Shown piece after piece: positions 30,183-39,881 of a stretch of 64,000 nucleotides of DNA. A program made the position numbers and the translations under genes. The DNA is from an uncultured Verrucomicrobiae bacterium. Lineage in GTDB: Bacteria; Verrucomicrobiota; Verrucomicrobiia; Limisphaerales; Palsa-1400. The stretch spans positions 384,001 through 448,000 of the forward strand of contig CAVPOM010000007.1 in NCBI GenBank assembly GCA_963707025.1, written 5' to 3'. The number at the start of each line of letters is the position of its first letter. Positions within the stretch are counted from its first letter, which is position 1. The notes beneath the pieces are model-generated. The model did no database searches, was not told where the DNA came from, and worked only from the letters and a program-made list of their open reading frames with translations.

Positions 30183-32139
30183 TTGCGCCAGTGAAGTTGG
30201 TTGGAACGCGGGTGAAAGTCCCGCCCGTCGAATTAGGCTGTTCACGACGGAACACGACCTCAACAGCGCCGCCGCGAGGCGGGGTTGGAAGCTGAGGGAG
30301 ATGAACAGACGGGCCGTAATGAAAATGAACCACATCCAATGAGCCTCGATAAGTTTAGAACCGGAGACAAGCCGAGCCGCTGTTTGACCGGCGAAGGCCG
30401 CAGGGAGGAGGCAGGGCAACAGTCAGAGCCTTCTCAACGCTCCGGCGGGGTCGGCGTGGACGGCACGTCTGGAAGTTCAACCAAGGTAAGCTGGGAGAAC
30501 TCCGGCGGCGGGCGGCCAGCCCAACCGCCCGCGCAAGCTGGCAAGACCAGTCAGGCGAGCGGCCCTGCCGGAGAAGTCGGAGTTCCTCATAGTAGCGTGG
30601 ACTTGTTTGCGCTCCAGGCGGATTTCCGCCGGGAGTTGCGCGAGCGAACGCAAAGGGGGAACACTTGCTCAATGCGTGGAGGCGAAGCGAAGGATGCGGG
30701 GATGGCCGGGGCGACCCGGATAGCAACCCCGGAGAAAGTTCGGCAGCTTCAAATCGCGCTCTATCGGAAAGCCAAAGCAGAGCCGAAGTATCGGTTCTGG
30801 AGCCTGTATGGGGAATTGCTGCGCAAGGACGTGCTCGAAACCGCCTTGGCAGCGCAACAGCGCAACGGCGGGGCCGCGGGAGTGGACGGACAGAGTATGG
30901 AGTCCATCACCGCCGACCCGGCCCTGCGCCAGCAATGGCTCGACCGCCTGCAAGCAGAACTCAAAGCCAAGACGTATCGGGCCAGCCCGGTGCGGCGGGT
31001 GATGATTCCCAAGAGCAGCGGAGGGGAACGGCCGTTGGGCATCCCGACGGTCAAGGACCGGGTGGTGCAAACGGCGGTGTATCTGGTGCTGATGCCGATC
31101 TTGGAGGCGGACTTTCATCCGCGCTCCTACGGCTTTCGGCCCAAACGCCGGGCACACCAAGCCATTGCGGAAATCCAACAAGCAGTGCAGCAAGGCTACG
31201 TGGAAATCATCAACGCGGACCTGACGAAATATTTCGACACGATTCCGCACCGGGAACTGATGAAGGCCGTGGCCCGGCGGGTCAGCGACGGCAGCGTGCT
31301 GCGGCTCCTCAAGAGCTGGCTGCGCGCCCCGGTCGCGGAGGAAGACCAGGACGGCACCAAGCGAGTGATCCCCAACCGGCGCGGCACGCCGCAAGGCGGG
31401 GTCATCTCGCCGCTGCTGGCCAACCTCTACCTCAACCCGCTGGATCACGGGGTGAACGAGAAAACCTCCGGCCAAGCCCGCATGGTGCGCTACGCCGATG
31501 ACTTTGTCATCGCGTGCGCGGCGGGGTGCGGCGGAGGGCTGATAGCGCGGCTCAAGAAATGGCTTCGAGCCAAAGGGCTGACCCTCAACGAAGTCAAAAC
31601 CCGAATTGTGAACATTCGCAAGGAAGGGATCAACTTCCTGGGCTTCAACCTGACCTGGCGCAAGTCCTTTGGAGGGCGCGGCTACCTGCACGTTCAACCC
31701 AGCCAGAAAAGCCGGGGGCCCTGCGCGAGAAACTGGGCGGCATCCTCAACCACTGGACGCAGGGGCGTCCGATACAGGAGGTGGTCAAAGAGGTCAACCA
31801 AGTCTTGCGCGGATGGGCGGGCTACTTCCACTACGGCAACAGCGTCTCGGTGATGAACCGGATGAAACACTACAGCCAAAACCGCTTTCGGCGCTGGCTG
31901 TGGCGCAAACACGGTTGCCGCCGCAGCCTGTGGGAACACTACGTTCCCGAGCAGTTGCACCAGCGTTATGGACTCTATGAACTGCCGACCACGGCGAAGT
32001 GGAAGGCGGCCCGATGAATGAGTTCGGAGAGCCGAATATGGGAAATCCGTCCGTTCGGTTCGATGAGGGGCGAAGTGGCAGCGCGAGACTGACAACTGCG
32101 GTCAGTTCAATCCGCCTCCTTCCACTTCGCCTACTCTAC
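30183..32139 (+). mobile_element. Group II intron
   Basis: 5' TTGCG (variant of GUGYG); domain V GAGCCGAATATGGGAAATCCGTCCGTTCGGTTC at 32029-32061; domain VI ending CCTACTCTAC; EBS1 loop 30380-30388 complementary to the 5' exon. Confidence 0.92.
30702..32017 (+). CDS. ltrA: Intron-encoded reverse transcriptase/maturase, no endonuclease domain (frameshift ~31715)
   Basis: GAAGVDG, RPLGIPTVKDRVVQ, SYGFRP, GTPQGGVISPLLANLYL, RYADD, FLGF; domain X LRGWAGYF in the shifted frame. Confidence 0.93.
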
Positions 32140-32444
32140 CACATTTTGAACCTTGACCACCTTGACCATGAGCACCCACCTCGTCCTGTTCCCTCCGGCA
32201 TCCGAGGTTCAGGTTTTTTGGTTGGGTCTGTGCCGTGCTGCGCCTTTTTGCGAAAATTCAATCCAAGTGCCTGTCTATGAATTATTTGCATCCAAAACCG
32301 GCCTTTTCCAATCGGCCCAATCGTGTCTAATCGTGCTATTATTCTGAACCACCATGCCCATCACTCCATCACGCCGCCACTCCGCCCGGAGTTCCGGCTT
32401 CATTCCCGCTTGGTCAACGGGGGGGAATTTGCTATTCTGACGTT

Positions 32445-33836
32445 GTGAGTGGTCACGATCTATTTTCCGCCGCGCCGGGGCCAAAGAGGGGCGAGTCCGC
32501 CGGGGCCAACCCGGATTTCCCGGAGCGCCAGCCCTTGGCGGCCCGGATGCGTCCGCGCAATCTGGACGAGTTGGCGGGGCAAAAGCACATTCTCTCCCCC
32601 GGCATGCTGCTGCGGCGGGCCATCGAGGCGGACCGGATTCAATCGCTGATTTTCTACGGGCCGCCCGGGACGGGGAAGACGTCCCTGGCGCAGATCATTG
32701 CGCGGCAGACGCGGAGCAAGTTCGAGCGGCTCAGCGGGGTGGAATCCAACGTGGCCGACATGCGGCGCGTGCTGGCCGGCGCGGCCAACCGCCTGGAAAA
32801 CACGGGGCAGTCCACCATTCTTTTCATTGATGAAATCCACCGCTTCAACAAGGGGCAGCAGGATGTTTTGCTGCCGGACGTGGAGAGCGGCGTGGTGCGG
32901 CTGATCGGGGCGACCACGCACAACCCGTTTTTTTTCATCAACTCGCCGCTGGTGTCCCGCTCGCAGATCTTTGAACTGGAGCCGCTGGGTGAGGAGGATC
33001 TGCTGGAGTTGTTGCGCCGGGCGCTGGCCGACGCGGAACGCGGCCTGGGCCACCTCAAAATCCGCGCGGAGGAGGAGGCGCTGCGGCACCTGGCCAAAAT
33101 CGCCGACGGCGACGCGCGCAAGGGGCTGAATTCGCTGGAAATTGCCGCCCTCACCACCGTGCCCCAGGCGGACGGCGTCATCCATATTGATCTGGCGGTG
33201 GCCGAAGCCTGCATCCAGAAAAAAGCCGTCGTTTATGACGGCGACGGGGACGCGCATTACGACACGATTTCCGCGTTCATCAAATCCATGCGCGGGGGCG
33301 ATGCGGACGCGGCGCTGTATTGGCTGGCGAAAATGATCCACGCGGGGGAGGACCCGCGGTTTATCACGCGGCGCATTCTAATTTGCGCGGCGGAGGACGT
33401 GGGGCTGGCGGACCCGATGGCGCTGGTGCTGGCGGTGGCGGCGCAGGCGGCGGCCGAATTTACCGGCTGGCCGGAAGCGCGCATCCCCATCGCGGAGGCC
33501 ACGGTTTATATTGCCACGGCGAGCAAGAGCAACAGCGCGTGCGTGGCCATTGACAAGGCGCTGGAAGATGTCCGCACCGGGCGGACGCTGGCGGTGCCGG
33601 CGCCTTTGCGGGACGCCAGTTACGCCGGCGCCCAGCGGCTGGGGCACGGGCAGGATTACCAATACGCCCATGATTTTCCCGGCCACTTCGTGGCGCAGGA
33701 TTATCTGGGGGCGGCCCGAAGATATTACGAGCCGACGGAGCAGGGGTCGGAAAAGAAAATCAAGGAGCGCCTGGAAAAATGGCGGAGCCAAATCGAAGCG
33801 TTGCGGCCAAAGGACGCCCCGGCGGCTGAACCATGA
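32445..33836 (+). CDS. rarA: Replication-associated recombination protein A (MgsA)
   Basis: PLAARMRP, GPPGTGKT, DEIHRFNK, HYDTISAFIKSMRG, EDVGLADP. Confidence 0.96.
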   Translation: MSGHDLFSAAPGPKRGESAGANPDFPERQPLAARMRPRNLDELAGQKHILSPGMLLRRAIEADRIQSLIFYGPPGTGKTSLAQIIARQTRSKFERLSGVESNVADMRRVLAGAANRLENTGQSTILFIDEIHRFNKGQQDVLLPDVESGVVRLIGATTHNPFFFINSPLVSRSQIFELEPLGEEDLLELLRRALADAERGLGHLKIRAEEEALRHLAKIADGDARKGLNSLEIAALTTVPQADGVIHIDLAVAEACIQKKAVVYDGDGDAHYDTISAFIKSMRGGDADAALYWLAKMIHAGEDPRFITRRILICAAEDVGLADPMALVLAVAAQAAAEFTGWPEARIPIAEATVYIATASKSNSACVAIDKALEDVRTGRTLAVPAPLRDASYAGAQRLGHGQDYQYAHDFPGHFVAQDYLGAARRYYEPTEQGSEKKIKERLEKWRSQIEALRPKDAPAAEP

Positions 33837-33912
33837 ACTGCCTGACCCAGATATTTCATACCGGCTGCCCGATGCGGCGGCCAGGGGACTGCCCGCCCTA
33901 CCCGGCTGAAGA

Positions 33913-34513
33913 ATGAACAACGAAAGCGCGACAATCAAATCCGGCCTTCGCGAGCGGTTGCGCGTGCGGCTCAGGGACGTGCCGGCCGCGCAGCGGGCGC
34001 TGGATTCGGCCCAGGCCCGCGCCCTGCTGGCGCGGCAGCGCGTGTGGCAGGAGGCCAAAGCGGTTCTTTTTTACGCGCCGCTGCCCGATGAAATTGATTT
34101 GCTGCCGTTGCTGGAGCGGGCGCTGGCGGAGGGCAGGACGGTGGCCCTGCCGCGATTTTTCGCGGAAAGCGGGGCCTACGGAGCTTGTCAAGTTGAAAAT
34201 TTTGCGCGGGACTGCGCGCCGGGCAAATTCGGGGTGCCCAGCAGCCGGCCGCTGCCCCCTTTTCCCGTTGAACCGTCTGGACTTGACGCTGGTTCCTGGA
34301 GTAGGCTTTGACGCGGCTGGACACCGGCTGGGCCGGGGCAGGGGCTATTATGACCGCATCCTGGCCGAGGTGGCCGGGAGGCGATGCGGGGTCGCGTTTG
34401 ATGAACAAATGGCCGACCAGATTCCGGCGGAGCCGCACGACATGGCTTTGAACTGCGTTTTAACGCCAACACGATGGGTGGAGATTCCGGGGCCGCGACC
34501 GATTTTGCCATGA
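33913..34513 (+). CDS. ygfA: 5-formyltetrahydrofolate cyclo-ligase (frameshift ~34240)
   Basis: KSGLR, EIDL, VALP, then VPGVGFDAAGHRLGRGRGYYDR in the second frame. Confidence 0.88.
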
Positions 34514-36030
34514 ACCAACTTGAACTTGTTTATTCCGGCGCGATCATTTTTGTGGCCGGCGTTGTTTTGGGTTATTGGATCTGGCGCCTGCGGGAACGAA
34601 GCATTTTGGCGGCGGCGGGCCGGGAGAAAATGACGCTGCTCGAAACGGCCCGGCGCGAAGGCGAGGCCATCGTGCGCGACGCGCGCCTGGCGGCCAATGA
34701 AGAGGCGCTGAAGTTGCGCTCGGCGACCGAACAGCGCCTCAACGAGCGCGAGGCCCTGGTCAACGGCCAGTTGGAAAATTTGGTGCGGGAGGAAAAAAGT
34801 CTGCGCGCGCAAAGAGAGGAACTGGCAGGCAAACTGGGGGAAGCGCAGCGGATGCAGAAGGAATCCGCGGAGCTGGCGCGGCAGCGGCGCGAACAACTGG
34901 CCGCCGTGTCGAAATTGAGCGAGGCGGAGGCGCGGGCGGCCTATTTGCAGGAAGTGGAGGGGAGCAGCCTGCGGGACGCGGCGCAGATGTCGCAGCACAT
35001 CCTGGAGGAGGCCAGGGCGCAGGCGGAGGAGAAGGCGCGCCGGATTATCAGCGTGGCCATTCAGCGTTACGCCGGCAACCACACTTTTGAAACCTCCACC
35101 GCCACGGTCAATATCAAGGGGGATGAAATGAAGGGCCGGATTATCGGACGGGAAGGCCGGAACATCCGCGCCTTCGAGTCGGCCACCGGGGTGACGGTGC
35201 TGATTGACGACACGCCGGGGGCGGTGGTGCTTTCGGGCTTTGATCCGGTGCGTCGGGAAATCGCGCGCGAGGCCATGGAGCGGCTCATCCTGGACGGGCG
35301 GATTCATCCGGCGCGCATTGAGGAAGTCGTGGGCAAAGTCACCGAGGAAATTGACGACGTGATCGTGCGGACAGGCCAGGAGGCGGTGATGAAACTGGGG
35401 CTGGCGCCCATGCATGTGGAGATTGTCAAGCTGCTGGGCCGGCTCCATTTCCGGCACAGTTTTTCGCAGAATATTTTGAATCACTCCATTGAGGTCGCGC
35501 AATTGATGGGCTTGCTGGCGGCGGAATTGGGCCTGGACGTGGCGGCGGCGCGGCGGGCCGGGTTGTTGCATGACATCGGCAAGGCGGTGAGCCACGAGGT
35601 GGAGGGGTCGCACGCGCTGGTGGGGGCGGAGATCATCCGGCGTTACGGCGAAGCGGAGGCGATTGTCAACGCCGTGGCCTCCCATCATGGCGAGGCGCCG
35701 GGCACCGGTGTGCTGGGGATTCTGGTCAGCGCGGCCGACGCCATCAGCGCCTCCCGGCCCGGGGCCAGGTCGGAAACTGTGCTGACCTACATCAAGCGGG
35801 TGGAGGATCTGGAGCGAATCGGCCTGTCTTTTCCCGGGGTGGAAAAATGTTTTGCCCTGCAGGCGGGGCGCGAATTGCGCGTCATGGTCCAGCCGGGGGA
35901 AGTGAGCGATGAAGAGGCCTTCCTGCTGGCCCGGAACATCGCCCGGAAAGTCGAGGACGACCTGCAATATCCCGGCCAAATTCGCGTGACCATCGTGCGG
36001 GAGACCCGCTGCGTGGAGTTCGCCAAATAG
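34510..36030 (+). CDS. rny: Ribonuclease Y
   Basis: N-terminal TM, coiled coil, KH (KGRIIGREGRNIR), HD (LLHDIGK), SRPGAR. Confidence 0.97.
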   Translation: MNQLELVYSGAIIFVAGVVLGYWIWRLRERSILAAAGREKMTLLETARREGEAIVRDARLAANEEALKLRSATEQRLNEREALVNGQLENLVREEKSLRAQREELAGKLGEAQRMQKESAELARQRREQLAAVSKLSEAEARAAYLQEVEGSSLRDAAQMSQHILEEARAQAEEKARRIISVAIQRYAGNHTFETSTATVNIKGDEMKGRIIGREGRNIRAFESATGVTVLIDDTPGAVVLSGFDPVRREIAREAMERLILDGRIHPARIEEVVGKVTEEIDDVIVRTGQEAVMKLGLAPMHVEIVKLLGRLHFRHSFSQNILNHSIEVAQLMGLLAAELGLDVAAARRAGLLHDIGKAVSHEVEGSHALVGAEIIRRYGEAEAIVNAVASHHGEAPGTGVLGILVSAADAISASRPGARSETVLTYIKRVEDLERIGLSFPGVEKCFALQAGRELRVMVQPGEVSDEEAFLLARNIARKVEDDLQYPGQIRVTIVRETRCVEFAK

Positions 36031-36040
36031 CCGCGGCGGA

Positions 36041-36199
36041 TCAGCGGCCTTGATTCAGGCCGGAGGGCAGCGACCCTTCCCAGTTCTGCGGAGGGAGCCA
36101 CGGCTTGGGGTCGGGATCGGCCGTGACGCAACCCAAGAGCAGGCCGGTCGCGCCGGCGAGGAGCAAGGCGAACGAAACTATGCGCAGGATGTTTTTCAC
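36041..36199 (-). CDS. 52-aa lipoprotein, copy 2 (below the ORF-track cutoff)
   Basis: GTG-KNILRIVSFALLLAGATGLLLGC-VTADPDPKPWLPPQNWEGSLPSGLNQGR*; paralogue of 36271-36438. Confidence 0.75.
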   Translation of the reverse strand: MKNILRIVSFALLLAGATGLLLGCVTADPDPKPWLPPQNWEGSLPSGLNQGR

Positions 36200-36270
36200 C
36201 AATAAAACGCGTCGTCCCCTTCCAGGACTTCATCATGGCGCCAAGCCGGCAGGACAGTCGCCGCCACGGC

Positions 36271-36438
36271 TTAACGGCCTTGATTCATGTTGGAGGGCAT
36301 CGGCCCTTCCCAGCTCTGCGGCGTGTTCCACGGCTTGGTGTCAATATTGTCGGGATCGTCCGTGGCGCAACCCGCCAAGAGGCCGGTCACGCCGGCCAGG
36401 AGCAGGGCCAATAAGATGGTGCGCAGGATGTTTTTCAT
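36271..36438 (-). CDS. 55-aa lipoprotein, copy 1
   Basis: MKNILRTILLALLLAGVTGLLAGC lipobox, then ATDDPDNIDTKPWNTPQSWEGPMPSNMNQGR*. Confidence 0.8.
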   Translation of the reverse strand: MKNILRTILLALLLAGVTGLLAGCATDDPDNIDTKPWNTPQSWEGPMPSNMNQGR

Positions 36439-36442
36439 TAAA

Positions 36443-37195
36443 TCAATCCAGGACTTGGTCGCCTTCCATGACCTCGCCGCGGCGCCAGGCGGGGAGGATG
36501 TTGGCGATGCTCTCGGTCTTGTCCACCCGGTCAATTTGGACTTTGCCAATGAGCCGGCCGTCGCGGGCGACCATCATGATGCCGTGGGCCAGCACGCCCT
36601 TGTCCTTGCCAATATTCAAAACCACAAAATCGTACTTGGGGTCCACGGCCACGACATTGCCTTTCAGGCCCAGAGGCTCTGCCACGACTTCATTGGTCCC
36701 TCTGAGCCGGTCCAATTGTTCCTGCAAGTCGTCCCGGTTGGCGAGGAGGAGCTTGTTCTCCGCGGTGACGCCGGCGATCTCCACCTTGGTTTTCTTCAAA
36801 TCGGCCTGGATGCCGATGACCTGCTCCGGGGTCAGGTGCAATTGCTCCCACTTGGCCAGTTCGGCCTGGTATCCATCCCGTTTGTCCTCGGCGCTCTTCA
36901 ACTTGACAGTCAGGTCGCTGTTTTTCTTGTTGAGCTCCCCGATTTTGCCGTTGGCGGCGTCCAACTCGCCCTTGGTTTGGGTGAGAGCGCGGGTGGTGGT
37001 GGCCAGAGTGGCTTTGGTGTCGGCCAGGGTCTTTTTGGTGCTGGCAAGCTCCTTTTCCGCCGCTTCTCTATGCGTCTTTTGGTCCTCTCGTTCCGCGATG
37101 GTGGTCTCGATGGCCTTCTTGACCATGACAAAATTCACGGCCACAACGCCGCCGCCGGCGAGAATGGCAATAATCAGGCAAATTCGTAATAGCAT
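36443..37195 (-). CDS. Membrane-anchored coiled-coil protein with C-terminal beta domain
   Basis: N-terminal TM, long heptad region, GNVVAVDPKYDFVVLNIGKDKGV...GKVQIDRV C-domain. Confidence 0.8.
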   Translation of the reverse strand: MLLRICLIIAILAGGGVVAVNFVMVKKAIETTIAEREDQKTHREAAEKELASTKKTLADTKATLATTTRALTQTKGELDAANGKIGELNKKNSDLTVKLKSAEDKRDGYQAELAKWEQLHLTPEQVIGIQADLKKTKVEIAGVTAENKLLLANRDDLQEQLDRLRGTNEVVAEPLGLKGNVVAVDPKYDFVVLNIGKDKGVLAHGIMMVARDGRLIGKVQIDRVDKTESIANILPAWRRGEVMEGDQVLD

Positions 37196-37400
37196 TGGAT
37201 TTAAAACCTTTAATTTTCAGGGCAATTTAACCGTTTGGGCCGGTCTTGTCAACGGTTTCGTTGACCAAAAATCGTCCGGGAGGCGGACGGGGCGGACGGA
37301 GCCGGGCGGGCCTGCAAGGGTGGCGTTTGTCCAGGGAGATTTCAAAATTTTGCACAGGGCGACCCGTCTCAATCCGCCATCGGCAATCCGCAACGCCTCC

Positions 37401-38561
37401 TCATCCTCTCTTGAATCCCATCACCAGGAGGATCAAGTCGAGCACGAACAGCACCACGATGGTCACTTCCAGGCTGAGCATCCAGCGGTTGATCCGGTCC
37501 TGGTTGAGGAGTTGGTAGAGGTCGTCGAGGGTCTTGAGCTTCTCATCAATGGTGCGGTGCCAGTCGGCCAGATGGAACCGGGCGGAAATGTTCTGGTATA
37601 TGCGGGCCAGATGCCAGTCGCCGAAAAACTTTGTGATGTTGGAAAGCTCGTCGCTGAAGCGGGCCAGATCAATGCGGATTTCACGCAGTTCTTGCAACAC
37701 CTCGCCGCGGGCGCGCCGGGCCGGCCGGGCCAGGTCGCGATAGGAACGCTCCAAGGCGGTGTCGAGCAGCCGGTCGTAAGCCTCCAACTCGGCCAATTGC
37801 AAGTTGGCCAGTTCCAGGACGTAAAGGATTTCGTCCAGTTGATGGGGCTCCTGCACGGCCAGCGCGGCGTCCCAGTCCACCACCGCCAGGTCGTTTTGGT
37901 AGTAGCTCAGATAGCGGTCGGTGGATTCCTTGGCCTCCTGGCGGGAAAGCTGGCCGATGTCGGATTCCTGGGTGAGGAGGGCCGCGACCTGGCGGCGGTG
38001 CTGGGCCAGCCAGTCTTCCGCGCTCAAGGGATGCCCGTCCTCTGCCGCCAGGGGAGAGTCAATGCAAAAAACGGTGTAAGCCTCCTCGTCCGCCAGGCGC
38101 GGGGCGGGGCGGATGAAATAACGGGCCAGTTCCAGGCGGGCTTCCTCGGCCAGTTGCCGGACCTCCTGCTGGAGGGCGCCGTTGGAGAATTCCAGGTCGT
38201 GATACACCACCAAATCCTCAATGGAAGGGACGACAAAGGGGACGGAAACCGTCACGCTCAAGGCCCCCACCGGGAGCAATTTCACGGTGCGCTCCACCCG
38301 CACCGGCCCGTGCGGGCCGATCCGCTCCATCGGCGGCAGGCGGATCATTTGCGGGCGGAAAAAAAACAAGTGGCGCGGACTGCGTTTGCTGGCGTCCACG
38401 GAGAATTGGGCCATGGGCTGGCCGAGCAGTTCATTGACGGGCAGACGTTTCATTTCGTAGGCCACGTCGAAGGCGTAGAGATAGACCACGCGCCCGGAGT
38501 AACGCTTGACCCCGCGCGACGGCTCCGCCGCCCTGGCCGATTCCTGGAGGGATGAACCCAT
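37401..38561 (-). CDS. Hypothetical protein, RMD1/DUF155-like with C-terminal TM
   Basis: YAFDVA, LELANLQLAELEAYD, GDWHLARIY, LEVTIVVLFV. Confidence 0.7.
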   Translation of the reverse strand: MGSSLQESARAAEPSRGVKRYSGRVVYLYAFDVAYEMKRLPVNELLGQPMAQFSVDASKRSPRHLFFFRPQMIRLPPMERIGPHGPVRVERTVKLLPVGALSVTVSVPFVVPSIEDLVVYHDLEFSNGALQQEVRQLAEEARLELARYFIRPAPRLADEEAYTVFCIDSPLAAEDGHPLSAEDWLAQHRRQVAALLTQESDIGQLSRQEAKESTDRYLSYYQNDLAVVDWDAALAVQEPHQLDEILYVLELANLQLAELEAYDRLLDTALERSYRDLARPARRARGEVLQELREIRIDLARFSDELSNITKFFGDWHLARIYQNISARFHLADWHRTIDEKLKTLDDLYQLLNQDRINRWMLSLEVTIVVLFVLDLILLVMGFKRG

Positions 38562-38690
38562 GCGGTACATTAGCGCGGCGGCCGCCCAATGTCCACGCGG
38601 CCTTGCTGCCAATTCCCGGCATTCATCGTCGTTGCCAGCGGCCCGCGGAAATTGTACGCTGCCATCGGATTAAATTATATTTTGAAAACC

Positions 38691-38978
38691 ATGACACGCC
38701 GGCAAGTTTTGGATCTTTATTTTGTGGAGGCGCGGTCCAAGTTGATTGATGTCGCCTCTTTTCTGGATCGCGCGCAACGGGCGGACGGGGCGGATGATTT
38801 CCGCCTCAAGTCCTTTCGCGCCGCGCTGGGCCAGTTGCGCGCCGGCGGCCCCGACCGCACCCGGCGCGTGCTGCTCAGTTTGAGCGATCCCACCACCAGG
38901 CCCGGCAACGCCGCCGGCAACAAGAGCGCCTGCGGGGCGTGGCCGGGGAAGAAGTCGAAAAGGAAGGAAGCAGAATAG
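38691..38978 (+). CDS. Small hypothetical protein
   Basis: MTRRQVLDLYFVEARSKLIDVASFLDR...VLLSLSD; first gene of the ebo-like run. Confidence 0.7.
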   Translation: MTRRQVLDLYFVEARSKLIDVASFLDRAQRADGADDFRLKSFRAALGQLRAGGPDRTRRVLLSLSDPTTRPGNAAGNKSACGAWPGKKSKRKEAE

Positions 38979-39053
38979 AGAATGGAATGAGATTAAGCTT
39001 TGACGCAATCGCACCTTCCCAATCCGCAATCCGCAATCCGAATTTAAAAAATC

Positions 39054-39863
39054 ATGCGCTTCATTGAACCTCATGCCCACATGGTCAGCCGGACGACGGA
39101 CGATTATTTGTCGCTGGCCACGGCGGGTTGCGAGGCGGTTTGCGAGCCGGCGTTTTGGGCGGGGTTTGATCGCGGGTCGGTCGAGGGTTTTCACGATTAT
39201 TTTTGCCAGTTGACCGAACACGAGCCGCGGCGCGCGGCCAAATTCGGCCTGCCTCATTTCGCCTGGCTCTGCTTCAATCCCAAGGAGTCGGAGGATTTGA
39301 AGCTGGCGGCGGAGGTCATAGAAATAATTCCCAAGTTTCTGGATCGTCCCAATGTCCTGGGCATCGGCGAGATCGGGTTGAACCGCAACAGCCGCCACGA
39401 ATTGAAGGTGTTCGAGCAGCAGGTGGATTTGGCGGCCCGTTGCCAGCAACTCATCCTGGTTCACACCCCGCATCTGGAAGACAAGCTCAAGGGCACGCGG
39501 CTGATTATTGACGCGCTCAAAAGCGACCGGCGCATCAATCCGGCGCGGGTCATCATTGATCACGTGGAGGAACACACCATCGCGCTGGCGCTGGAGGCCG
39601 GCTTCTGGGCCGGGATGACGCTTTACCCGGAATCCAAATGCACGGCGGCGCGGGCCATTGACATGATCGAAACTTACGGGGCGGAGCGGCTCTGGATGAA
39701 CAGCGCGTGCGACTGGGGCGTAAGCGTGCCGCTGGCCGTGCCGCGCGCCGCGCTGGAAATGCGGCGGCGCGGCCACAGCGCCGCGGCGGTGGACCGGATG
39801 TTGCACGGCAACCCGGCGCAATTCCTCGGCCAATCGCCCAAATTCAAATGGGCGGCGGATTAA
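39054..39863 (+). CDS. TatD-family metallohydrolase (EboB-like)
   Basis: EPHAHM, GIGEIG, LVHTPH, IIDH, NSACDWG. Confidence 0.88.
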   Translation: MRFIEPHAHMVSRTTDDYLSLATAGCEAVCEPAFWAGFDRGSVEGFHDYFCQLTEHEPRRAAKFGLPHFAWLCFNPKESEDLKLAAEVIEIIPKFLDRPNVLGIGEIGLNRNSRHELKVFEQQVDLAARCQQLILVHTPHLEDKLKGTRLIIDALKSDRRINPARVIIDHVEEHTIALALEAGFWAGMTLYPESKCTAARAIDMIETYGAERLWMNSACDWGVSVPLAVPRAALEMRRRGHSAAAVDRMLHGNPAQFLGQSPKFKWAAD

Positions 39864-39881
39864 AAACCTCAACCGTATCCA

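Noticed and set aside
31700..31730. Programmed frameshifting at gene breaks such as the intron RT
   Set aside because: No canonical slippery heptamer; many similar indels elsewhere point to sequencing error.
30285..32017. RT as retron, DGR or defence RT; ORF-track start at 30285
   Set aside because: Domain V/VI RNA, the maturase domain and EBS1 identify a group II intron; 30285-30701 is ribozyme sequence.
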